From Lama glama (Eukaryota): 64,000 nt of DNA. The DNA is taken from assembly GCA_028534125.1 (NCBI GenBank), contig CM052817.1, positions 29,452,001 through 29,516,000 of the forward strand, read 5' to 3'. The position numbers and the translations under genes were made by a program. How positions within the stretch are numbered: the first letter of the stretch is position 1; each line of letters starts with the position of its first letter. The notes under the pieces were generated by a model, which searched no databases, was not told the DNA's origin, and worked only from the letters and a program-made list of their open reading frames with translations. Below are positions 13,194 through 27,266 of the stretch, in pieces.

Positions 13194-14869
13194 TTGGTGT
13201 TTAGATATCTAAGATACAGTGATTCTTGCAATTGGAGGATCCAAGGCATGGTTTTGGGAATAGTGCCTAAGGTGAGGTAGAGGTCATAGCCAAGAAACGA
13301 AGATAATCCAAGATGAGACTTTCTACATTAGTTTACTCTCAAGTGGTTTACTGAACACCAGAATAATATAGGATACATTCTGGGTATAGTAGTATGTCAG
13401 GCAATGGAGCTTACATTCTAATGGAGAAGACAAAGGGTAATCAAATAAATTTAAGATGTAATATAGGTGGATTTTCCACACTGACAATAAATTATTCTAT
13501 GGAAGGGAGGGCTTTGCACCATGTGCCAATATATTCATTTTAAATAGAGGCATAAGCCTGAGGGACAATTGAATATTGAAGACAGAGGATGGTAGAGGTG
13601 GCGTTTATTAACCTCAAAGGCAAAGAGTTTTAGAAATCAGGTCTCCAATTCTAGGACAGAATTCTTTCTAACTAGACCACATTTCTGCTCAGAGCTGTTT
13701 TTCACTATAGGAAGAGTCAGTAACTAGGGCTTTATTTACATGGTGAAAAATCACCGCACTTCCACACCTCTCTAGGAAAAGAGCCATCATGTCTATCAGA
13801 TATCCTAAAGATCATAATCCCAAAATGTCAAACCTAGCCTACAGTGCAAATCTGTATTGAGGAAGCTGGTCTGGGCAGGAAAAAAAGCTGTTATTTTGGG
13901 CAACAAGTGAAATCAGAATAAAAAAACAATTATGAATGTGTGTTTATATTTTCCAAACATATGTGACTGCCACCTGCTTGGCATGTGCCTGATCTCTCAG
14001 TCTCCCTCTCTGCTCATTATTTTATAGGCTTGCCTTTTAATCCTTGATTATAGGCTGCTACTTGAGTGCCTGGACTATAACATACATGTTCTAAAAATGT
14101 ACAGTTAAGTAAAACACATTAAATATAACAGATCAAAATTATTTATTGAAGTGCATTATATTCATTAAAGAATATTCACCCAATATTCTTCAAAATTCCT
14201 GAACTCAGAATTTTCACCCCCTGCTATATTTATTTAAAGTGAAAAAAATAAAAGAAAACCTCTCCTAATCCTTTAGACATTTTTCTTCTTCACGGATAAT
14301 TTATATATATGTTTGTATAAGATTAATTTTTCTTTGATTCCGGCTGCCAATCTCCATGCTAAATTAAGCAAAAAGTTGTCCTGCTGCGCATATCTGAGTT
14401 GCAGGTGCAGGAATTTTGTGCTTGAGTAAATGTAAGGGAATTGGTGAGACTCATGGTTATTGGAAATACATTCATTTTCCCATTGGGTCTGAAATATGAT
14501 GTAATGGCACTCTATTAAGAATGGAGATTTAGAAAGTCCAAGTTTAGAAAGAATTTAAACTCTTTCAGGCAAAATAACATTATAGGAGTCTCGTCCCCTG
14601 AATAACAAATGCCTATTTTCATTTATATTTTTAAGTTGTTTACTTTGATAGCATCATCTCTGAAATTACCGATGATGTTAGTCCTACTCCCCATCCTTAA
14701 CTCCCATCATTTATGAATATATTAAAGAGAATAGTGGAGGCACCTGGATTTAATGAGGAGATTTTATGAAACTTCAAAACACTTACCACATTGTCAAATT
14801 TGGATTTCAGACAGAGTTGACTCATACTTAGTTTCGAATATATCTGAAGTGAAGGAAACTCTTTCAGGT

Positions 14870-15316
14870 ATAAAAAAAAAAATCCAGAAACAGCTAAATT
14901 AAAACAATAAGCTCAGTAAAACAGTATTTAGTAAGGTTTTCTTGTGTGTTTAAGAACAGTTCGTGAACTGGAAGCTTTAAACCAACAGCAGAATGATGCT
15001 CAGAGGTATATTTTTGTGAAAGCTTATATAGTAAAAATGCAGAGGCTGTTTATTCTTTACAATGATAGGTTATAGCTTTAGAGTTTTTCTAGTGGTGAGG
15101 GATTGGTTAAAGGTAGCAGTTACCTTATACCAATTCTGGGGAACAGCGTAAGTTTTATTTATGATTTTCAGAGGTATTTATAAGAAGTGGCCCAAGTTAA
15201 GTTTTGCTTGTTTTGCAGAATAAGCTAAACTGAGTTTTGCTTATGTGGCTTAAATGATTTTGTCTGCTCAGTGAAATCTCAGGTTTAATCTCCATTTTGT
15301 ATTTTAATTGAATGCA
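14870..15316 (-). mobile_element. ERV1-class solo LTR (MER4-group, LTR37/MER31-like)
   Basis: Reverse complement begins aaaatggagattaaacctgagatttcactgagcagacaaaatcatttaagccacataagcaaaact, resembling this LTR group; CCAAT and TATATAA are retained on the minus strand. Confidence 0.65.
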
Positions 15317-15399
15317 TGTAATCTTTTAAAAACATTAGCAGCACCATTTCATAAACAACTTAAAGAACGTGAGTCAACTTTTTAGGTTTTCATTTTCTA

Positions 15400-16800
15400 T
15401 CGTCTAGATTAAGAAGGTCATGACGTGAGAGGTTTAGATTTAATCTGCAAGAAATTTGGGACAAATGAATTTTAATTTTATTATAGTATTTGAGAGATAG
15501 TAGTGTACTATTATATTTTACTTTTTGGTTGATATTGGTCTTATAATATTGTAGAAAATAAATCAGAAAAGGGATAAGACCAGAGGCAGAGAAACTAAAT
15601 AGGAGAAGGTTATGACAATATGTGTGAGAAATGTTAAGGATTCCAAGTAGAGTAGTAGTATTTTAAAGGACATAAGGAAATGGCATGTTTAACAGATGAG
15701 AATTGGTAGGTCACATGCCAATTGTGATTTGATGTGGGGTATAACTATGACAGTTTATGGTAACAACATCGTGTTGTGAGGATTGAACATTACACATTAT
15801 TAGTTAACTATTAATGGAGTGCCTAGGGTATAGGAAGTTCTCAGAAAGTTTAGAAATAATATTCAAACTAGGAATCTATGAACACCTGGAACAATGATGA
15901 TAATGTTGATGCTGGTGATGAGTAGAGGTCCATTTTCATGACGTGCATATTAAAGATAACATCAAGAATATATGTATTTAAATATTTTGAATCAGTATAT
16001 CAACAAAGCCAAGGAAGAGGAGAAGTTCAAGAAGAAGAATGTTGTAGACAATGTCAGTAGCTATAAAGGATTTAAATAAGAATAAATGTTGAAAATTATT
16101 CGTTGCAACTAATAGCAAGGTTATTAGAGGCCATGGCAAAAAGAGTTGCTATGGAGAAGTGGGAACAAAAGCCAGGAGCAGTTACCCGAGACGTATTTCA
16201 GGAGCTAAAGCATGATTCTGTTTTACTGTTGTTACTGGAGTCACTGCTATGGCTGCTGATCAGCCATACCCTTCTAGGACACTTGCCTAAGCACAATCTT
16301 AGAATTTGTGATAATTTTCACAGTAGCCTAATATCTGGGGCTAATAATTTAGCTCGTTTAATTGATTCCACGATTGCTATTCCCTGTTGGAACATAGAGA
16401 TGGCACCAGAAGTCTGCATCTCTAAACCCTTTAATCAACAATCTGTATTTTACGTACTCTTTGAGGTCTCCTGTGGTGTGTGACTAATTACTGCTTGGTG
16501 CCTCCAGGCATGGGGGAGACCTATTAGGGACTCTTTCTGTGTATTTTAGTACAAACAGAAAATTGCACAGATTAGTTGCACAATCAGCTTTAGAAGCTTA
16601 AGAGCTTTAGGCATTTCCACCTAGAGTGAAAGGCTGCCCCTTGTGACGATTTTAAATGGTGGGTAAGGATGTTGAACAATAGGTGTAAACCATTTCCAAA
16701 AAGCTGGGGTTATAAATAGAAAGGCAGGGATAGGGTGATAACTAGAAGTGTATATAAGAATAAGATAAGTCCTTTTTAACACAAGTAAGACTTGAGCATG
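15400..16800 (-). mobile_element. Fragmented LINE-2, with a MIR piece (about 15750-15860) and an unassigned insert (about 16190-16650)
   Basis: Purine-rich L2 antisense motifs (agaccagaggcagagaaactaaataggag; gcaactaatagcaaggttattagaggccatggcaaaaagagtt). Confidence 0.55.
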
Positions 16801-17704
16801 CTGTTAATGTTGTGACATTAATTAGAAACTTGACTACATTTTCAACATCAGGAAATTATAAATAGTACATTAACTTGAAATGACCTTGTCATTAAGCTTT
16901 TCTCTTTGCTTTATTTGTGAAACCAGGAAGTTTTAAAAAATGAACTTTTATGCTCCTTTTCTTTCTTAATTTATAAAATTCTGATTTGGTAGACCAGCTT
17001 TTATACAGAACAGATAACCCACATAATTTTGCCAGTCTAAAGGATTAACAACAATAACACTTGTATGTTTGACAATGTAGATGAGATGAGACTATTCCCA
17101 TAACACACATACAGATTGCATCACTGAGCTACTATTTTTTCCTTCTGATTTCTCTTGAGATAAAAATTAGAGTAAGAGTTAAATATGGCTATTTTTGCTT
17201 TTTAACTCATTTTTTTTCAGTTTCATGGGAGATTATTCTTGGCTATTTAACCACAATGTTCTTAGGTTGATGGTACTTATGGCAATAATTAGGAAATTTT
17301 AAATATGATTTTTTAATGTGTTATTGTTGGCTTCAAATTTTTGAAGGTTTCACATAGACACATTTTGAGGCTAGTCTGGAGGTGCCTAGGACATAAGCGT
17401 CAAAGTTAATAACCTAAATTTTTTAAATAATTTAAATATCTAAAATATCTAAAAATATTTTAAAATGCTATCAGAGTAAATAGAATTGGTTATGAAAAGT
17501 CAACAATATGTGTTTTTCTTGATAGGTTTTTTTGCCCTATAAATTTATTTTATTTAATTGAAACTAGGAAGGACAACTAAGTAAAATTTTTTTTCCTTGT
17601 TATAGTTCCTAAATAGGCATTGCAATTTTGTTTCATCTGTTTCACATCTGAATGAGTACACTGATTTCTATTCGTATTGTTATGGGGCAGTTCTCAGCTT
17701 AAAA

Positions 17705-17738
17705 TGCGCGTGTGCGCGCACACACACACACAAACACA
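17705..17738. repeat. Alternating purine-pyrimidine (GC/GT/CA)n microsatellite
   Basis: tgcgcgtgtgcgcgcacacacacacacaaacaca. Confidence 0.9.
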
Positions 17739-20700
17739 TTTGCTATATATTTCTGATTTATTTAGTTAAGGATATAGAATGTACCAAGAGTAGTTGTAGA
17801 CTTTTACTTGATGTATGTTTCATATAGGGCAATTGCAGATGACTCTTGTTCATACAATAAGCCATTTCTAAGCTGATAAAGTCATATTCTTGCTACATCA
17901 CAGGCCTTTTATAATCAAGCTTACATTATGTTCAGGAACAATTAAAATTATCTTTAAATATGCTCCCATTTAAAATACATTATAAGTAGTTTGTGCTGAT
18001 TTTTATATATTCTGTCAGCTGAGATACATCCTCATTCAGGGAAAATTAGATTTAAGTATCCAAGGTGTCCCCGAAGTTCAATCTTCTTATTCCAGTTTCT
18101 CAGTGAGCCTACTCCCCCACATGACCATGAGTCATACACGGACGTGTACTTACATAGGCACACGCTATTTAACTTATGGATCTGTCTGTCTCTCCTGGCC
18201 AAGAAAAGGTTAAAAGAGCGGATTCTTTATTATTATATTTAAATATAGGGTTAAAGCACTACCAGCATACATAATAAACTGCAGAGGCCAACCTTAGTAT
18301 AAATTGATTTTCATTATTTATATTAATGTCTGTGAGAATGTAGTAGGCTTTTATTTTGCTCTTTATAGAAAGATTCAGAGCTTTGACAGTAATATTGTAT
18401 TTCATAAGGTTACATTTTTCAAGTGATGAACTGGATTTAGCATTAAAATCTTTCTATTCAATTTAAAGTACTTTGTGTTTTATATTTCAATTGAGTTAAT
18501 ATATAATGTTCTTTTTCAACTTCCATAAGCATTTTCCAGACATTTAGCATACAATGTTCTATGTAGATTTTAAAGAATTCATTAACATTGCAGATTTCCT
18601 AAGAAGTGGACAAAGTACAGTTTCTCTTTTAAAATAAAAGCGCTTAATTAAAGTTCCAGGTTGGAAGGAAGTGTCACTTTTTCTTATATATCCAATTTTA
18701 TGTCACTAGTTCTTCTAACCATAATGGGAAATTAATACTGGTTTTCATTATCACTGCTTTCTTAAAATGAACACTAATGTGAATTGATTTTTTTCTGTAA
18801 TAAAGTTTTACTTTTAGCCAATAGGTGGCAAACTCAATGTAAGACATCAGTGACACTAAAAATATATTAAAGGAATTACAGTATTTTAATTACTTCTGTT
18901 ATGCATAAGCTTAGAAACTGTACATTACAGTGTTCATTGTAAGATGATTAAATCATTTCATTTATCTACAAATTGACAAATATTAAAACGTAAAGCATGG
19001 AGGCAAAACAAGAAAGTGCCATGTTTTTTCTTCTAAAGCTAACTCAAGTTCATAGATGCTTCTAGGAATGTGCGATGTTTTCTCAGGGTGACTTTCAAGT
19101 CATAAATTCAAAGGCTTAGTTACATAATGAAGAATGAATAAGGTTTCCCAAAACAAAGCTACGTATGACTAGAACAAAAACAACACTGTGAATCTAAAAG
19201 GTCTTAAAATCCATAAACTGAATAAATTGATGAACCTAAATGAGCCTATTGCTGTAAACTTAGGTACAGGATATCCTTAAAATATTTTTCATGGATCAAT
19301 ATCAAGAAATGTATTTGGAATTTCTATACAGTTTTGTTCTGCGTGGCTCACCAATTTAACTTCTTGCCTAATAAAGAATTCAAAAAACAAACATAGCTCT
19401 GAAATTTACTTTCTAAAATTCCTCAAGGGAGGCAATATATATAAAAGATACTGAATAAACATTGTATAGTGTCCCACAAAAATGCACAACAGTGTGAAAA
19501 ACAAATTGATGTAACTTCTATTAGCTTTTTCATCAAGCATTTCAGTATTCTTTATATTATACCTCTGCATTTTAATTCAACCAACATTCTTTTGTATCTG
19601 TTATACTCCAGATACCTTATGATTCATAATCAAGTAAGACCCTGCCCCTGCCCTAGGTCAGTGAAAGAAAAATTGGTAGGAAAGAAAAACTCAATACCAA
19701 TTCTATCACATCATTATATTGTTATAGTGTTACATGGAAATAAAAATAAAAAGGTATACTTCAGGTGGTCCAAATATTAGTCTAAAAAGTTATGAGGAAA
19801 ATAGACATTGATTGCACTTATGTTCAGAGGCAACATGGAATATAATAATAGTTTGTAAAGACCTGGCCCAGATTTTGTGAAGTTGTAAAATTGTAAAGTT
19901 GGATAAAATTTTCAAGCTCACAGACTAGTGTGGAGAACATAAAACAGCCATACGACAATGTGGTAATGTTACACCCAATACCATACAAGTAAACACAGGT
20001 CTCAAGGGGTGAAGAAAGAAGTTAAGGTCAATGGTTTGCTAGTTATCTTAACAGGGCAGGTCTGCCAGAGCCTCAAATGAAGGAGTAAAAACAAGTAAAG
20101 TGCATTACATTTAGTTTCATATATTTTCTGACATCAGTATTTCCAAAATGAGATCATCATCTTCTCAGGAATGAAAGTTCAAAATTTGGAGCCGTCTTTG
20201 AGTCTGCCTACTCCTTTACTATCTATATAAATGGTGTTGCAACTCTTAATTCTATTCATGCAGTTTCTTAAATGTCTTCTATTTTTTAATGTATACAACC
20301 ACAACTATAGTTCATGTTCTCTTGAATGATTATTTATAGAGTAGACACCTCCTTAATTTGCTCACAAACCTTATTCCAGTTCTTTCTTCAATAAGTTGTT
20401 TATTTCCCTCTAGTCCTTTTACTATTCACTTACATTAATAGAGGAAATAAAACAATACTTCTATTTTATTTAGTTTGCTTTCCATGTAAGAACCATGGGC
20501 TCACCTTTTTGTCTAACTGTTGCATAATAACTCTTAGTAAGTGTATACTATAGTTTATGTAGTCACTCATTTATTGGCTATTAATTGTTTTGCTTAACTT
20601 GTTCCATAATACAGTGAGACAGTTAATATCTTTGTACGTGCCTTCTTGTGCACATTATAACATTTCCCTGGAGTAAGTACTGAAGCCTGATACTGATTTT

Positions 20701-20824
20701 TAAAAAAACATTGTAAAGCTGCCCTTCAGACTAACCATTCCAGTTTTAAAACCTTAAGACACTAACAAATACTGGATAATGCGAAAAGTTTGATTTTTCC
20801 ATTCTGATGCATAAATATTAGTCA

Positions 20825-20958
20825 CAGAGTGAACACAAAATGTGTTATCCTAACTAGGAATCTTTAAAAGTAGGAAGGAGGTGCTGTTAACAATTTTCCT
20901 GGGATAATAGGCGTAAATAAGGATGGTTAGGACCAAACTAGATCATACTGTCCCCATA
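20825..20958. mobile_element. hAT-Blackjack MITE (MER94-like), full length, about 134 bp
   Basis: cagagtgaacac...gtgctgttaacaattttcctgggataataggcgtaaa...ctgtccccata, colinear with the MER94 consensus as recalled; degenerate TIRs. Confidence 0.7.
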
Positions 20959-21379
20959 GTTAGAACTAAATTTCTAAACCCAAATCTTTTCATTTCAGTA
21001 ACTGCTTAACTCTTATTTATCTTTATACAACAATATGGATCAAGTCCAAATCTGTTATCCAAAATATATAACATTTCATAATCTGAATCTACCTACTTTT
21101 TTCTCCTAATTTCCTACTTCATCCTTCTATTTAACACAAATGACCTAATCATTGTCTTTCCCAGGTTCTGACCCACTTGGTCTCCTCTTGTCTTTCCTGT
21201 CTGCTTTTCTGTCACATCCACTTGTCAATGCTCTACATTTCCTTAAAGGTCCAGCTAAATTCTACATCCTTCAAGGAGCTTTCCAAGATCTTCCTATTCA
21301 GAATGACTTTATTTCTTACTCTTTGTGCTTCATCTGCAACTATTCCATTTTTATATCCTCCTCTCCTGCTCTGGTGATA

Positions 21380-21560
21380 ATGTGCATAGTGACTAAGAAA
21401 AGAAACTCTAGACTGGAATTCTAGGGCTATAATTTACATCTTGGTCAAGCTACTTAATGACTCTGTGACAGTTTCCTCATGAGTAAAATAGGAATACTAG
21501 TTCCTGCCTCCTAGGACTTTCATTAGAGTTAAATAAGTAATAAATGTAAAATGCTTGTAT
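21380..21560 (+). mobile_element. MIR SINE
   Basis: ttggtcaagctacttaa...cagtttcctcatgagtaaaataggaatact...aaatgtaaaatgctt. Confidence 0.75.
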
Positions 21561-21704
21561 GATAAATACTGTATACTTGTAAATAATAAGATTTGTTTTA
21601 AATACTGGTTTTCCCCAGAAGTTAGGCTTTGGCCTTTCTAAAATCCTCTCCTGCTTGGAGAAACTAACTTTAATCTATAACTACTACTTCTGAACTAGCT
21701 CATG

Positions 21705-21930
21705 GGGCAGCAGAATGTGGAGTTAAATGTTTAGCTGGCAACTACGATTGGCCCAGTTGATACCTGCTACCAGATTACCTGTGATCTTAATCTTTTTGGT
21801 TTTTTTCCCCTCCTCTCTAAAATGCAAATAATAAAACACAGTTCTTTGTAAGACTGCAATGATAGTTAAAATATAAAAAGTTAAATGCCTAGCATAGTAC
21901 CTAGCAGTACTGGGTTAATAAATATTAACT
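21705..21930 (+). mobile_element. MIR SINE
   Basis: ggcagcagaatgtggagttaa...ctctctaaaatgcaaataataa...tgcctagcatagtacctagca. Confidence 0.65.
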
Positions 21931-22829
21931 ATAGATAATGTACATCAAACACAATGGCTCAAGGGCCCTGGGTGAGAAATCTCTTTCCTCACTCTAGTGA
22001 ACCAATCAACAAATAGATAAAATATTTTAATTGTGTGCATAACTAGACGGTAAGCTCATCTAAAGGAGTCACTGAAATAATTTACAATATTATGAAGCAA
22101 AATGTAGTGATTTAATAGAAGTTCTTCACATGTGTTTTCCCCCAAATTCAGTAATGAGCAGTTTTCTTCTCAATTATGTGAATATTATCAAAAAGCATAT
22201 TCAGAGGAAAACCTAATTCTTAGTGATTACCTCAGAAGACTTATTGAAATAATTTCCAGATTCTTACAATATCACAAGTGATTTAAATAAATTATGCCCC
22301 GTTTGATGTCATGTGTTTGTGGTGTGTGTGAAATTTCTTGGACTTCATATACATAAAAAAGAGTGAAACTATGTTTTTTGACCCAGAATAGCTTTTCATC
22401 ATAATTAAAAACAACATCAAGATGCATATTACATTGTCACTAAATGACTATAAGAATTAACTTTTTTAAATAAAGAATAAATTTTATTATTTTGATATTG
22501 TTCAAATTTAAATATTTTTAGGTTTTAAAATGCAACATGTTTTCAATTACCTTCTATTATGGAAAGCAAAGTTGGATTTTGATGAATGGTAATGTTTTAA
22601 GTATTACAATTATTCAAAGTTTAAAGGGAATTATTTACAGGAAAATATGTTATAAAATGTTTTAATATAGGATAGGATAAAATTGACTAAATTTAGGAAC
22701 ATCCATATCCATGGAAAATTTTTATCTGTTTTGAACTTATTTAAATAAAGTAATAAGTATATATGTGTATATAAATATAATATATATCTTGATTTTTTTC
22801 ACATAACATTATAATTATGAGATTTGTTA

Positions 22830-23985
22830 CCAAAGTAACAGAATAGTTTTCATTGTAATTGGTAAAATATCGATATTCATTTAAACTGTTTTTAGCTTGA
22901 GGCTATAAGAGGTAAGGATGCTATAAACATTCTTGTGCATATTTTATGCACATGGGTGTTCACTTTCTGGAGAGGGGAATTACTTGCTCATAGATTATGG
23001 ATATGGTGAGCTTCTGTAGATAGAGTCAAATAGTTTTTCCAACATAATTGTAACCATTTACTCACCTATGAGAAGTTTATGAGAGTTTGTTACTCTACAG
23101 TATCAAAAATTATTATTATAAATTTTTTCAGTTTTAGCCATTCTGGAGGAATACTGTGGTATGACATTGACTTTTTAATTTTCCTCACAGGTAATGACCT
23201 GGACCTTTTTTATGTGGCATTTTGAAATTTAAATATCCTTTTCCTATAATTTGTCTATTTCTTCTTGATTTGCTTAAATTATTTATATACCCTAGATATT
23301 AACCTTCTGTTGGTTATGTGTATGTCAAATGACTTCTTTCAATATATAGGTTTACATCTTACTTTCCTGATGGTATCTTTTGGTGAAGAGTTCCAAAATT
23401 TAATGTAGTGCATTTTATCTATCTTTTTCTGTAAGATTAGTGATTCTTGTGTCCAGTTTCAGAAACTATTGTGACCCCAGTTAACGGAAGTGTTTTATTG
23501 CACAATCATATAGACATTTTATGGTTTTGCCTTTCACATTAAGATCTACATTTCATTGTGTATCATGTGAGGGAATAATTATTTTAAAACATGGATATTC
23601 AATAGATGCAGGATCATTTTCTACTTCTTTACAGTGCCATCTCAGTCATAAATCACGTCCATCTAAGTGTGAATCTAATTCTGGAGTATTCTGTTCTATC
23701 AATCATTTTGTCTATCCTTGAACCACTATAACAAATTTTTAAATAGTGTGCCTCTAAAAAAGTGTTTATATTTTACCTGTAGGGCCCTCAACTTTGTTCT
23801 TCATCTTCAAGACTGTCTTAATTATTCTTTGTTATTTGTATTTCCTTAACATTTTAAATAAGATTGTTCATGGAAAGCTACTGAGATATTGATTGAAACT
23901 AGATCGAATCTATAGATTAATTGGGTAGAAACTGATGTCTTTACAATATGGAAGGTTTAAATCTATGATCATTGTGCTGTCCTCC
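22830..23985 (-). mobile_element. Old L1M ORF2 3' fragment
   Basis: gctataaacattcttgtgcat, ttttagccattctgg, caactttgttcttcatcttcaagactgtctta, aatctatagattaattggg; antisense ORF2. Confidence 0.8.
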
Positions 23986-24009
23986 CTTACAGATTACACA
24001 CTCAAAACT

Positions 24010-24290
24010 ACAACATCCACCAGTATGATTCAATTTATATAAAATTCAAAAACAGGTAAAACTAACATATAGTGATAAATATCAGAATGGTTGTTACCTC
24101 TTGGAAAGGAGATTGACTGGAAAGAGACATAAGAAAACTTTCTTGGTGGTAAGAAAATTGATGAAATGAGAAAGAAATGTATCTTAAGGTTTAATATTTA
24201 ATATATACACTTATAAACCTTTTGAACTGTGTCCTTACGATCTATTAGCTTTACTATACAGAAATTTACCTCAATAAAATTAGTTTAAAA
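24010..24290 (+). mobile_element. L1ME-like 3'UTR end
   Basis: gtatgattcaatttatataaaattcaaaaacaggtaaaactaa...gattgactggaaagagacataag...cctcaataaaa. Confidence 0.8.
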
Positions 24291-27059
24291 GTTTAACAAA
24301 AATGGTATAGCAATTTAAAAAATTACTCAGGGTCAGGAGAAATTTGAATACCAAAAAATGTATACACATTTATGATTTTAGTTTATTTATCAAAGGTTTT
24401 TATGCATTTCATGGATCTTTTCAAAGAACTCAAGTAACAAAGAACTTCTGTTTTCATGGATTTTCTCGATTGTTTTCCTGTTTTAATTGTTAAGAATTTT
24501 AGCACCTTAAATCCCTCTATGTGCTAATATACTTGTTTATATGTATATATTTTATACATAATAAGTACTAAATTTTTGAATAAATATGGTGTATTTATTA
24601 ATTCAATACCTGATTGAGCTATTTTTACTATTTTAAACTTTATTTTACAACTATTTTTGATGTGTAGAAATTTCTTTATGCATTACTCATTAATTACATT
24701 ATTTCATTTTTCTCTGAACATTTTAATACTATATGTCAGTTTTTCATACATAATTAAATAATGTGGGATAGGTCACCATAAGAAGCATTAATTTAGCATA
24801 TTTAAACACACATTCATGAAAAGAACATATTCATTTCTCATATACTGGTAAGGAGAGATATATAAAATGTTACTAAGTGATAACCAATATATGATAGAAT
24901 TCAAAGATTAAAAAGCTCATATATTTTTCTCTAAGACAATGCATTATTTGAATTCCAAATAATGGTATGAAACAGATTAAATTATATTATTTTCTTATAA
25001 ATATTGTCAGTGCTAACTACCATTAAAGAACTTTGTGAAGTAGCTGGCATTATCTTACATAAACAACAGTAAGAAAGAAATTGGTCCCTTTATTAAAAAA
25101 CATGTGAAGTTGATATTAACATGGTAAAATACATATTCCAAACCAAATCCAGCCTAATGGTCAATAGAAAAGCACTATATCTCTATCATCAGCAAAAGGG
25201 TAAGATTGCAAAATACTGTAATAATTTAATTCTGGATGTATTAAACAAAACAATTAAAGACAAGAAAGTGGCAATATAAAAAATTGCAAAGATGGCACTA
25301 ACATCTCCTCCGTAGCAGATAATATAGTAGATAATATAGTTGTATTCCTAACCATCCAAAATTTGTGGAATCAAATGCAGAATAAAATCATTTAAGAATT
25401 TTTAAAAAAAAGTGATGCCTGCATTTCACATCAACTCAAATGAAATAAATCTTTAGCGTTACAGATCTTGTCACTTAATTTTTCTTAATTGTTTGCTTAT
25501 TTATTTTGTTTTATAACACCCTCTGGTCATTCTGAATCACAGGGATGAATGATAACCATCATTCTAGAAGAGTATAAAGACTGAACAACGAAGGTGCAAA
25601 TTGTTCCGTCAGAGACTGTTTAACCACTCTTGATGTTCTCTGCTACACTATTTAAATGATTTTATTAAACAAATGAAGGAAGTGAATCAAGTTTTCCAAA
25701 CCACCTAGAGTAAAATTTATGTTTTTTTATTTGACATCAGGATCAAAATTCTAATAATTTCACAAAGTCGTATTAAAATATTTTCTTCTTTGGTATAGAA
25801 CCTAAATTCTGTATAGGATATATTAATATTTTAAGCTACTTAACAGAAATTTAATATTTATTTTGATTTTATCAACATCACACACCAATATTTTAGCATA
25901 AGCTATTATAGAATATACAAATCTTTTCTTTTTACCCATTCTTAAAGCTTCCATATGATAGTACAATAATCACTGAAATTATGATTTCATATTCTATAAC
26001 TTTGGTTAACCCACCAAAGATTTACTGGCAAGCCTATGCCAAAACAAATTTCAGTCACATTTTTTTCTCTAGTCTTTTTCCAATACCTTGTTTTAAATAA
26101 CTAGTTCAGAATGGATATTAATAGCATTTTCCATTTTTAAAAAATCAGTCATAAACCTGTTTTTTTTTTCCCTCAAGTTCTTTGAATTAAATATCTGTGA
26201 GTCCTCATCAGGACAGAAATAAATTTTACTTTAAAATCAACAATGCTTTTGAGACAAAGTGTTTTTTTTTCCCCAAAGGAATTTAATAATACTTAGAGTT
26301 TTTGAAAGAGTGTTAATTGTTTTAGGGGTTAGGAATTACGTTTGCAAAAATTTTGAGGTTTGTTAAAATATTAAATAAAAAATCTCTTAAAATACTTATA
26401 GGATAGACAATTCCAAAATTGTGTTTAGATACACAAACCAAAGTGATAATCAGATGAATTTTCAAAGTCCTTATTCAATCTGTACTGTATCAGGTCGATT
26501 TTTTATCTGATTAGTAGCACATAAATCAGATGAATATATCTACAGATCTGAAAATGGTATATAACATTGGACACATCTATAAGAGAGAAGTCTTTAGGAT
26601 TGAACAATTTTTCTTACTGGTATTCTACATGACTGTTTTTCTACATGCAGAAGGTGAGAAAAAATAAATCTCTGAGGTAAAATTTTCCTTTAGTGCCTTA
26701 GCTATAATTCAGGGTCAAACTGTCACCTGTCCAGAGTGCAGGACCTAGGGGGATAATTTCTACCTGGAGAACATTTCCATTCCTTTCAACTTACCAGTAG
26801 TATGTTGACATCCACATGCATTAGTAAGAGGAAGTATGCACCAGAGGGAGATGGGTGGAGTAGAAAATGAATGACTCTACTTCTCCTCTAATTGATAAAT
26901 TTTGAATCTCTTTTCTACTTGCAATCACTTTTCCTGAATTCTGTCCCATCATACCTTTCCAGGTACTTCTTCATGGAAATAAATATGTTCATAAAAATAT
27001 TAGAAGAAAATAAAGTATGTTGAATGTGATACAAAAGGCAGTTTAAAAGTAGGCCAACA

Positions 27060-27266
27060 GCCCCAACCTTTCCCTTTTGGTGACCATAAGTTTGTTTCCT
27101 ACATTTGTGAGTCTGTTTCTGTTTTGTAAATAAGTTCATTTGTATTACTTTTCTACATTCTACATATAAGTGATACCGTATAATATTTGCCTTTCTCTGT
27201 CTGACTTACTTTACTTATACAATAATCTCTAGATCCTTCCATATTGCTGCAAATGACAGCATTTCT
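27060..27266 (-). mobile_element. L1 3'UTR fragment
   Basis: ccttttggtgaccataagtttgttt...gtgagtctgtttctgttttgtaaataagttcatttgt...tctctgtctgacttact. Confidence 0.85.
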
